From contig JAXHVD010000002.1 of NCBI GenBank assembly GCA_034189385.1, positions 185,893 through 249,892 on the forward strand: a stretch of 64,000 nt of DNA, in the 5' to 3' direction. Numbering within the stretch: the stretch's first letter is position 1; each line of letters begins with the position of its first letter. Below the pieces are notes generated by a model that saw nothing but the letters and a program-made list of their open reading frames with translations, did no database searches and was not told the origin of the DNA. Both the position numbers and the translations under genes were made by a program. Positions 25,216 through 33,970 of the stretch are shown in pieces. Source of the DNA: Thermodesulfobacteriota bacterium. GTDB taxonomy: Bacteria > Desulfobacterota > Desulfobacteria > Desulfobacterales > C00003060.

Positions 25216-28200
25216 ATGGCGTCATCACATACGCGGTGGGAGGTCAGGCACGGCATCCAAATAGGTGTCGCGTCCTTCTTGTTAATCTGGGCGATCACCA
25301 CAGCAGGCATACCAAAGGCCTATGCTGTGACATACGAGCTCACTGGAGACGGATTGGGATTATCGCAAGGAAACCATGGCACCTCGTTGACGATATCGCC
25401 TGAATTGTCATTGTCCGCCCTCACCTGGGGAAACTGTTGCGGGTACCCTACAGGATACCCCGGAATCATCTATCTGCACCAGACAGACGGCACGGGCGTC
25501 CGGTGGGGAAGCACCGGATTGTCCTCAAAAAAGATCTCTGGCTGGGGAATAGGTCGCTACGAGTCGCTCATATTCGACTTTTCTTCAGGAGCAGACGCAC
25601 AATCCATCACCATCTGGATCAACGAGATTCATAAGCATGGCGGTCCATCTGGTTCTCCCGTGGACTTATGGGTCAAACCCTCTTCCGGATCGGCCTTTGA
25701 GATTGATGATGTTTCATCATACCTTCATTATACAGATGGCGACACAGCCTACGTGGATTTTTCCGAGCTCTCCGACCTAAGCGGCGTGGGCTCCATCGAA
25801 CGGGTCATCGTAAGAGCGAACTACGGCTTTCATCTCTATATCAGTCGCATTGACTGCCAGCCTTTCACAGACGCTGACGGTGACGGCTATCCGGCAGATA
25901 ATGACTGCAACGATGGCGATCCGAATATCAACCCCGGCGCCACGGAAATATGTAACGGGGTGGATGACAACTGTGACGGCGATATTGATGAAGGCTGTCC
26001 GATCTACTACCGCGATGCCGATGGCGACGGTTTTGGGGATCCCGATGACACGACTACCGTTCCGCAGTCAGGCTATGTCAGCAATGGATCGGACTGTGAC
26101 GATACCAATGGAAGCATCTATCCCGGCGCCACCGAGTACTGTAACGGGGTGGATGACGATTGCGACGGGCAGACGGATGAAGGCTGCGCGCTGTGGTACC
26201 GTGACGGGGACGGTGATGGCTATGGCCATCTCACCGATTCGTCTACCTACCAGCACGACGATTACACCACGCACAACAACGGTGACTGCGACGACAGCGA
26301 TTCTAGCATCAATCCCGGCGCCACAGAGGTGTGTGACGGCATAGACAATAACTGCGACGGCCTGACAGATGAGGGCTGTACGATCTACTATCGAGATGGC
26401 GATGGCGATGGTTATGGCGATTCCACGGACTCCCAGATAGCCACGAGCCCGCCATATGGCTATGTAGATAACGATGGTGACTGCGACGACAGCGATTCTA
26501 GCATCAATCCCGGCGCCACAGAGGTGTGTGACGGCATAGACAACAACTGCGACGGCCTGACAGATGAGGGCTGTACGACCTACTATCGAGATGGCGATGG
26601 CGACGGCTATGGCGATGTGACGGACTCCCAAATAGCCACCAGCCCGCCGTCCGGCTATGTGCCGAACTCCGATGACTGCGACGATACGGATGACACCATC
26701 TATCCTGGTGCTACCGAGGCCTGCAACGGCGTAGATGACGACTGTGATGGGGTAACGGATGAAAACTGTGCCATCATCACCTATTATAGGGATGCCGACG
26801 GTGACGGCTATGGCGATCCCATGGACTCCACTACAGGGACCACTCCCCCATCGGGCTATGTCGCTGACTCGAGCGACTGCGACGACAGCGATTCCAATGT
26901 CAATCCCGGGGCTACTGAACAGTGCAACGGCTACGATGACGACTGTGACTCGTTTACCGATGAGGGTTGCCCCCTTCTCTACTGGGATGGCGACAGCGAC
27001 GGCTACGGCAATCCTGCCGGACCCACCACGAAGATTCCGCAGGCAGGCTATGTGGCTGACGCCAGTGACTGCGACGATACCAACGGGGCCATCCATCCGC
27101 TCGCGACAGAAGTGTGCAATGGCGTGGATGACAACTGTGACGGCAATACGGATGAAGGGTGTGCCACGTACTATCGGGATGCGGACGGTGACACGTACGG
27201 CGATTCTGGAGACTCTACGACGGCGACGAGTCAGCCGGCCGGTTATGTAGCCAATGCTGGTGACTGTGACGACACGAATAGTGCCATCAATCCGGGCGCG
27301 ACAGAAGTTTGTAATGGTGTGGATGACAACTGTGATGGCAATACAGATGAAGGCTGCGCGACCTATTATCGGGATGCGGACGGTGACACGTACGGCGATT
27401 CTGGAGACTCTACGACGGCGACGAGTCAGCCGGCCGGTTATGTAGCAAACGCTGGTGACTGTGACGACACGAATGGTGCCATCAATCCGGGTGCGACAGA
27501 AGTTTGTAATGGTGTGGATGACAACTGTGATGGCAATACGGATGAAGGCTGCGCGACCTATTATCGGGATGCGGACGGTGACACGTACGGCGATCCTGGG
27601 GATTCCACGATGGCGACGAGTCAGCCTGCGGGTTATGTAGCAAACGCTGGTGACTGTGACGACACGAATGGTGCCATCAATCCGGGTGCTACTGAAGTGT
27701 GCAATGGGGTAGATGACAACTGTGACGGCAATACGGATGAAGGGTGTGCCACTTACTATCGCGATGCGGACGGCGACACCTATGGCGATGCCGGAGACTC
27801 CACGGTGGCGACGAGCCAGCCAGCCGGCTATGTGACCGACTCCAGCGACTGCGACGACACGAATGGGGCCATCAATCCGGGTGCGACAGAAGTCTGCAAC
27901 GGTGTGGATGATAATTGCGATGGGAATACCGATGAGGGTTGCGTCACGTACTATCAGGATGCAGATAGCGACAGCTTTGGCAACTCTTCAGCCTCTCAAG
28001 TGGCCACCAGCCAGCCGGCGGGCTATGTGCCGACCCCGGGGGACTGCAACGACAATGACAATACCGTCTATCCAGGGGCCGCGGAACTCTGTGATGGCAA
28101 GGATAATGACTGCGATACCCAGGTTGACGAGGGCTGCACCCTTCTTTACTGGGACGGCGATAGTGATGGCTGGGGAAATCCCGCTGGACCAACAAGCACA

Positions 28201-30066
28201 GTGCCGCAGTCGGGCTATGTAGCCAATGCTGGTGACTGTGACGACACCAACGGTGCCATTAATCCGGGTGCCACGGAAGTCTGCAATGGTGTGGATGACA
28301 ACTGCGACGGGACGACGGATGAGGGTTGCGCGACGTACTACCGCGATGCAGACGGCGACACCTATGGCGATGCCGGAGACACCACAGTGGCTACCAGCCA
28401 GCCAGCGGGCTATGTGACCGACTCGAGTGACTGCGACGACACCAATGGAGCGATCAACCCGGGTGCCACGGAAGTTTGCAATGGTGTGGATGACAACTGC
28501 GACGGAAACACAGATGAGGGTTGCGCGACTTACTACCGCGATGCAGACGGCGATACCTATGGCGATGCCGGAGACACCACAGTGGCTACCAGCCAGCCAG
28601 CGGGCTATGTGACGGATTCGAATGACTGCGACGACACCAATGGGGCCATCAATCCGGGTGCGACAGAAGTTTGTAATGGTGTGGATGACAACTGTGATGG
28701 CAATACAGATGAAGGCTGCGCGACCTATTATCGGGATGCGGACGGTGACACGTACGGCGATTCTGCAGACTCTACGACGGCGACGAGTCAGCCGGCCGGT
28801 TATGTAGCAAACGCTGGTGACTGTGACGACACCAATGGTGCGATCAACCCGGGTGCCACGGAAGTTTGCAATGGTGTGGATGACAACTGCGACGGAAACA
28901 CAGATGAGGGTTGCGCGACGTACTACCGCGATGCAGACGGCGACACCTATGGTGATGCTGGAGACTCGACCACAGCCACGAGTCAGCCAGCCGGCTATGT
29001 AACGGATTCGAGCGACTGTGACGACACCAACGGAGCCATCAACCCGGGCGCGACAGAAGTCTGCAACCTTGTAGATGACAACTGTGACGGAAACACAGAT
29101 GAGGGTTGCGCGACTTACTACCGCGATGCGGACGGCGACACCTATGGTGATCCTGGAGACTGGACTACAGCTACGAGCCAGCCAGCGGGCTATGTAGCCA
29201 ACGCTGGTGACTGTGACGACACGGACAGTGCCATCAACCCGGGCGCCACGGAAGTCTGCAATGGCTTGGATGACGACTGCGATGGGCAGAGCGATGAAGG
29301 GTGTCCGGCCCTGTATCAGGATGCCGATAACGACGGTTATGGAGATCCTGCCGGGCCTACAACGACCATTCCCCAGACAGGCTATGTGGCTGACGCAAGT
29401 GACTGCAACGACAGCGACAACACGATCTACCCCGGCGCCCCTGAGGCCTGTAACGGCATAGATGACGACTGCGACGGGACGATTGACGAGGGCTGTCCTC
29501 CTGTTACGTATTACTACCGCGACGCCGACGGCGATGGTTATGGCGATCCCGGTGATTCCGTAACGACACCGACATCAGGGTACGTAGCCAATAATGACGA
29601 CTGCGATGATACGAATGACGATATTCATCTCGGGGCCACGGAACAGTGCAATGGGGTGGATGACGACTGCGATGGGGCCACAGACGAAGGTTGTGTGATC
29701 TACTACGAGGACTCTGATGGGGATGGGTATGGAGATCCTGCTTCCACAAAGACCGTAGCATCGCCTGCGCCACCACCGGGCTATGTGTCTAACAGCAGTG
29801 ACTGTAATGACAGCAACGCCCTGATCTATCCCGGCGCCCCTGAGCGGTGTAACAACAGTAAGGATGATGATTGCGATGGTCTAACGAATGAAGGCTGCAT
29901 ATCCGGTTTAGGCGGTGGCGGCGGCGGCGGCTTGAACTATGTGGGCGGCGTGGCCTTGCCGGTAGATAAGCTTGGCCTGCTGGCCCCCTGGGTGGGTCTG
30001 GCCGCGTTGATGACGGCCATGATCGCCTTGGCAACATGGAGGAAAAAGCGAGGCAGTATCACCTAA
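25216..30066 (+). CDS. Giant Asp/Cys-rich surface protein with 21 putative metal-binding (MopE-related, PF11617-like) repeats and a C-terminal membrane anchor
   Basis: Signal peptide (AYA). Repeated YxDxDGDxYG...DCDDx5PGATEVCNGVDDNCDGxxDEGC. Poly-Gly linker, then VGGVALPVDKLGLLAPW, a TM helix and an RKKR tail. Confidence 0.9.
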   Translation: MASSHTRWEVRHGIQIGVASFLLIWAITTAGIPKAYAVTYELTGDGLGLSQGNHGTSLTISPELSLSALTWGNCCGYPTGYPGIIYLHQTDGTGVRWGSTGLSSKKISGWGIGRYESLIFDFSSGADAQSITIWINEIHKHGGPSGSPVDLWVKPSSGSAFEIDDVSSYLHYTDGDTAYVDFSELSDLSGVGSIERVIVRANYGFHLYISRIDCQPFTDADGDGYPADNDCNDGDPNINPGATEICNGVDDNCDGDIDEGCPIYYRDADGDGFGDPDDTTTVPQSGYVSNGSDCDDTNGSIYPGATEYCNGVDDDCDGQTDEGCALWYRDGDGDGYGHLTDSSTYQHDDYTTHNNGDCDDSDSSINPGATEVCDGIDNNCDGLTDEGCTIYYRDGDGDGYGDSTDSQIATSPPYGYVDNDGDCDDSDSSINPGATEVCDGIDNNCDGLTDEGCTTYYRDGDGDGYGDVTDSQIATSPPSGYVPNSDDCDDTDDTIYPGATEACNGVDDDCDGVTDENCAIITYYRDADGDGYGDPMDSTTGTTPPSGYVADSSDCDDSDSNVNPGATEQCNGYDDDCDSFTDEGCPLLYWDGDSDGYGNPAGPTTKIPQAGYVADASDCDDTNGAIHPLATEVCNGVDDNCDGNTDEGCATYYRDADGDTYGDSGDSTTATSQPAGYVANAGDCDDTNSAINPGATEVCNGVDDNCDGNTDEGCATYYRDADGDTYGDSGDSTTATSQPAGYVANAGDCDDTNGAINPGATEVCNGVDDNCDGNTDEGCATYYRDADGDTYGDPGDSTMATSQPAGYVANAGDCDDTNGAINPGATEVCNGVDDNCDGNTDEGCATYYRDADGDTYGDAGDSTVATSQPAGYVTDSSDCDDTNGAINPGATEVCNGVDDNCDGNTDEGCVTYYQDADSDSFGNSSASQVATSQPAGYVPTPGDCNDNDNTVYPGAAELCDGKDNDCDTQVDEGCTLLYWDGDSDGWGNPAGPTSTVPQSGYVANAGDCDDTNGAINPGATEVCNGVDDNCDGTTDEGCATYYRDADGDTYGDAGDTTVATSQPAGYVTDSSDCDDTNGAINPGATEVCNGVDDNCDGNTDEGCATYYRDADGDTYGDAGDTTVATSQPAGYVTDSNDCDDTNGAINPGATEVCNGVDDNCDGNTDEGCATYYRDADGDTYGDSADSTTATSQPAGYVANAGDCDDTNGAINPGATEVCNGVDDNCDGNTDEGCATYYRDADGDTYGDAGDSTTATSQPAGYVTDSSDCDDTNGAINPGATEVCNLVDDNCDGNTDEGCATYYRDADGDTYGDPGDWTTATSQPAGYVANAGDCDDTDSAINPGATEVCNGLDDDCDGQSDEGCPALYQDADNDGYGDPAGPTTTIPQTGYVADASDCNDSDNTIYPGAPEACNGIDDDCDGTIDEGCPPVTYYYRDADGDGYGDPGDSVTTPTSGYVANNDDCDDTNDDIHLGATEQCNGVDDDCDGATDEGCVIYYEDSDGDGYGDPASTKTVASPAPPPGYVSNSSDCNDSNALIYPGAPERCNNSKDDDCDGLTNEGCISGLGGGGGGGLNYVGGVALPVDKLGLLAPWVGLAALMTAMIALATWRKKRGSIT
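25870..29898 (+). repeat. Coding tandem repeat array, ~195-nt unit x21
   Basis: Counted 21 C..C..C..C units in the translation; central units are near-identical at protein level. Confidence 0.9.
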
Positions 30067-30146
30067 CCGTTCACGGAGTGTTGGAGTACTGGAGTGATGG
30101 AGTGTTGGAACAAATGACGGACCCCGCAAGAGGATGGGAAAGAGCC

Positions 30147-30989
30147 ATGAAAGGCTGTGCAGTGTCACGCCAACAACCTCTGCCTGTCCCGAAACAGACA
30201 CAGGGAGTGATACTAGGTTTTTTCTGTTTTCTCGCGTGCTTGTTTCTCCATCCGTCCGGTCAGGCATCTGACGTATACGCCGGCAAAGGGCCTTCTGCCA
30301 GGGCAGCCATTGTGGACCATTTGAGCCTTACGGAGCCCAACCCGAGCTTTGTCAAGGCATGCAAGGCCCTATTGGAAGGGGCCGGATTTGCCGTAGATTA
30401 CTATCAAGGTGAAGAGGTCACTGTGGACCTTTACAGGAATCTTCCCGCCCATGGATACAAGGTGATCGTTTTGAGGGTCCATTCGGCGTACATTCATAAG
30501 TATCTGTCCCTGGCCATGTTCACCTCTGAACCGTACAGCAAGGGGAAGTATGTCTATGAGCAGCTTCGAAACCGGGTGGCCAGTGGGCATCTTCAACCCT
30601 ATGAGATAGGGGACCCCCAGCAGTTCGTCATTACGGACAAGTTTGTCCGTTTCAGCATGAAGGGCTCCTTCAATGATGCCCTCATCATGATGATGGGATG
30701 CACGGGCGTCAAGAGGTGCGCGGCAAGCGCATTCATAGAAAAAGGGGCCAAGGCATACATCGGCTGGAACGGCCTGGTTTCTGCGGGCCACACGGACAGG
30801 GCGACTATCGAGCTACTAAAAGGCCTTCTACAGGAAAAGCAACCTATAGACCGGGCCGTGACAGAGACCATGAAAGAGGTGGGGCCTGAACCCCGGTACC
30901 AGAGCCGGTTGCTCTTTTGGCCCATTGAGGCCGGAAAGCAGACGGTGCATACGCCCCAGAACAGAATTGCTAAAGTGGCAAGCAAGTGA
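30147..30989 (+). CDS. Membrane-anchored or exported protein with a caspase/gingipain (clan CD)-like His/Cys dyad pattern
   Basis: Hydrophobic N-terminal segment, then VIVLRVHS ... LIMMMGC ... FIEKGAKAYIGW, the strand-His / strand-Cys layout of CHAT/C25-like folds. Start at 30147 is uncertain. Confidence 0.6.
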   Translation: MKGCAVSRQQPLPVPKQTQGVILGFFCFLACLFLHPSGQASDVYAGKGPSARAAIVDHLSLTEPNPSFVKACKALLEGAGFAVDYYQGEEVTVDLYRNLPAHGYKVIVLRVHSAYIHKYLSLAMFTSEPYSKGKYVYEQLRNRVASGHLQPYEIGDPQQFVITDKFVRFSMKGSFNDALIMMMGCTGVKRCAASAFIEKGAKAYIGWNGLVSAGHTDRATIELLKGLLQEKQPIDRAVTETMKEVGPEPRYQSRLLFWPIEAGKQTVHTPQNRIAKVASK

Positions 30990-31224
30990 GTCGTGTGTGC
31001 CGCTATTTGTTCCAGTGGTGATGAGGAGGTGAGTTACACAAGAGAGACGCACGGTGAAGTGATAGTGTCCATTCAGGTTTTTGATGGACCAATTTCAAGC
31101 ATTTTTTGAGCATGAAGCATCGAAAGCTGGTCTTAAAAAAAATGCAGACAAAAGGAGGTGATATGGACGGGAGATGGGCTTTTCTTGCAGGGGAAAAGTT
31201 AGAAAAAACAAAAAAGGAGGAGAA

Positions 31225-32544
31225 ATGAAAAAAGAGACAGATCTTGACAGAAGAAAGTTTTTGAAAGGCAGCGTGATCGGGGCCGGTGTACTGACCACCG
31301 GCTTTGCGACCGGGCTGTCTTTACCGGGCACCGCCCATGCGTCGCTCCCCACGTTGCCGTTACCGTATTGTAGGATATATAACGGCTCAAGTTGGGTACC
31401 CAGTTCCGACCCAGGGTCATACAGCCCTTCGTACAGACAGGCTGTCCTTGACCCGGATGACGTGAGGGTCATGACCTGGTGGTATTACAATTCGGGCAAG
31501 GGGTGAATGCAGTCCTGTGTGTCAGGTTTGATGCAAGGATTCAAAGCGGCATTTGCCAGTGACAGCACGGACTGGGACTTTATTCCCTATGACATGTACA
31601 TGTACGGCGGAGGCGGCATTGGCGGTTGGGGCACCCTGTGCGGGATTCCCAACGGTTGCGCGGCCTTGACGAATCTCATCGGCCTCCACGGCGCCTTGGG
31701 ATCAGACATCCTGGGCCACTATTCCAGCAGCGAGTGGCCGCCTAGGACGCTTGCGGACATGTACCACGATCCCGATCCCGTTTACGGCCCCGGTGGCTCG
31801 GGCGGCTACACCTGGGTCAAGACACCCATGCATGATGACGACGTTTTGGCCCACGTGATTCCTTATTCACCCCTGTGCCACATATCCATCAGCAAGTGGT
31901 GCTATGCGGCGGGGGTCAACTTGGGTACCATGGGCACGGAAGGTTACCAGCACAAGAATGATCGTTGCGGCAAGATAGCCTCTGAGATGGCGGGTAAAAC
32001 TGCTGAAATGATCAATTATTACGCCCTTAACGTGGCCCGGTCAGACCCGTACGCGATCCCAGCGGCAACTGCAGACTGCTCTACCTGTCACTACACAGGC
32101 AGCGATCCCAATATAGCTCCCGCCCAGATCACCAAAATGGACTGCGCGGAGTGCCATGCGGTCACGCCCGACGCCGTTCATCAAGGCCTGAGGATGATCG
32201 TTGAAAGTGTGTGGACAGCAGACGGCTCCGGCACGCCCAAGAACACCTTTACCTCGGGTGACCCGATCCAGTACAAGGTTCGGTTCCACCTCTTGGGTGC
32301 CGGGTATTGCTACGTGAAGACCGGCGTGTCCAAAGTGAAAGACAGTGCCGGTGTCAAGATGCTGAAGCTTGTCAAGAGTGACACGTTAGTTGCAGCTACC
32401 TATGACTGGACGTGGTCTGATACCATCGACCCAACCGATGCTCTTGGCACGGCAAAGGTCATTATGCGTTTGAAGTGCTTCGACTATGAAGGTGGCAATG
32501 TCCTTGATAATCAGGAAATGAAGTACAAGTTTACCATCGTATAA
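31225..32544 (+). CDS. Tat-exported split-Soret cytochrome c / C-GCAxxG-C-C family selenoprotein (putative Sec94) with two CxxCH and a C-terminal Ig-like domain, 439 aa
   Basis: GGAGG RBS; DRRKFLK Tat motif. ORFs 31174..31506 and 31507..32544 abut in frame across TGA 31504. GKG-U occupies the first conserved Cys of the family, followed by GGWGTLCG, SPLCHISISKWC, DRCG, CSTCH, CAECH. Confidence 0.88.
31511..31541 (+). promoter_or_regulatory. Putative bacterial SECIS element
   Basis: AGTCCT-G-TGTGTCA-GGTT-TGATGCA-AGGATT. The upper stem starts 11 nt after the TGA and the loop begins GG, resembling the E. coli fdhF SECIS geometry. Confidence 0.8.
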
Positions 32545-33060
32545 GCGCCTTCCGCAAAGAGCCTAGAGGCTTAGGAAGGCTCTTGGCATTTATCTATTGC
32601 AGCGAGGAGGGTCTGCAGTTGGGGGAACGATTGCACTTAACTCAGCAGCTGGTGTAAGAGACTGCCTGTCAGTCCCATCAGCAGCCGAGGTGGGAGTAGA
32701 GTATGGCCCTCCTTGTTCCTCAGGGGCGGAGCCCCCTACATATTGCGGGGCTCCGCCCTTTTTTCCTCCCCCTTGGAGAGGGAAAAGTGTTTCAATGTCC
32801 ATGCCTGCCCGAAGGGCAAGTTGCTTTTTGCTTTTCGGCGTCTCAGCGAAAAGCAAAAAAAAGGATTCCTTTGCGTTCTTTGCGTCTTGAGCGACCCTGA
32901 GCAACGTCGAAGGGGAGCGGGCGGTGCATCATGACACTAGATATGAATTGCCTTATAAGAAACGGATGGAAGGGGAGGTGATATTACAAGATCTTGGATG
33001 AAGGCGGTGTAGTACCGTCAGCTTAAGAAGGGGTTGGGGGACCCATTCTTAAGACGCAGG

Positions 33061-33250
33061 CGTTCACCGTTTTCCGTTTTCCGTTCACCGATACACGTTT
33101 CTTGGCAAAGCATGGAAATGCGAGGCTACCATAAGACCAAGCAAACGTTTTCAAAGAGGCTCCGAGAGGACCTATTTCAGGGTAGGCTGAAGGCGTAAAA
33201 TTAAGAGCCTCCCCACCTACGGACAACGGATAACAGTCAACGGTGAACGG
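33061..33250. repeat. Intergenic inverted element built from 7-nt units
   Basis: CGTTCACCGTTTTCCGTTTTCCGTTCACCG ... CGGACAACGGATAACAGTCAACGGTGAACGG. Confidence 0.55.
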
Positions 33251-33290
33251 TTACATCAAGACAAACCTGCAAAACAAGAGGGGTGGAAAG

Positions 33291-33920
33291 ATGACCAGTA
33301 AGAGGAGCCTGTTGCTATTGGCCGGCTTTTTAGCGGTCTTCATCACAATGATAGGAGCAGCGAAAGCAGAAGAGGGGTTTCAGATTGACTCTGTAGTGGT
33401 CACTGATGCCTATGGTAACGAGATGGACGAATTCGAGGTCTATAACCCCGTCATGATAAAAGTGAATTATACCGTTGATGACGGGATCGCGCCCTGCTGC
33501 GTGAAGGTAATCGTGAAAGGCTTTGACCAGCGGCGTGTAAACAAACTGACTCTGGATTCTGCAGGTAGCGATACCATCACCGAGGCCCTGAATCCGACAA
33601 GATCCGGGGAGGCGAACATCAAGTGCATTTTGAAGGTGTTTAAGGACGGTGTGCTCCTGGGTAATAAGGACAAAGTCGTAAAGCACGTCACCATCATAGG
33701 TCTCCATGGTCCCGCGTGCTGGGGCTTAGAGGAATCCGAGTGCCGCAGTTGCCATGGGAATAATTTGGCAAACAGACACCACCTCACGGACACGGTTCTG
33801 AGAGACCACCTGTGTACGGTTTGCCACCCAACATGTACGCCAGGTATTCCCAATTGTCCGAATGGGGTGCTGTTGATTAGGGATTGCCTGACGAGCGGCT
33901 GTCACACTCCGATCGATTAG
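33291..33920 (+). CDS. Secreted Ig-like domain fused to an OmcZ-derived triheme module
   Basis: Signal peptide (AKA). C-terminal CRSCH..RHH..CTVCHPTCTPG..CLTSGCH is nearly identical to hemes 1-3 of 17103..19427. Confidence 0.85.
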   Translation: MTSKRSLLLLAGFLAVFITMIGAAKAEEGFQIDSVVVTDAYGNEMDEFEVYNPVMIKVNYTVDDGIAPCCVKVIVKGFDQRRVNKLTLDSAGSDTITEALNPTRSGEANIKCILKVFKDGVLLGNKDKVVKHVTIIGLHGPACWGLEESECRSCHGNNLANRHHLTDTVLRDHLCTVCHPTCTPGIPNCPNGVLLIRDCLTSGCHTPID

Positions 33921-33970
33921 GGGTGCGTTTAAGTGGGGTTGTGATTGGGAAAATCAAGGAAGGGGAAAGA

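Noticed and set aside
26068..27096. Long antisense and alternate-frame ORFs (e.g. 26068..27096, 299..943, 4235..5029, 10044..10784, 42532..43398)
   Set aside because: They are shadows of well-supported genes on the other strand or frame and carry no family motifs.
25870..29898. CRISPR array or non-coding satellite
   Set aside because: The repeats are in-frame coding units of ~195 nt with synonymous variation, no unique spacers and no cas genes.
32584..32600. Sigma-54 promoter TGGCA...TTGC
   Set aside because: The GG to GC spacing is 12 nt rather than the required 10.
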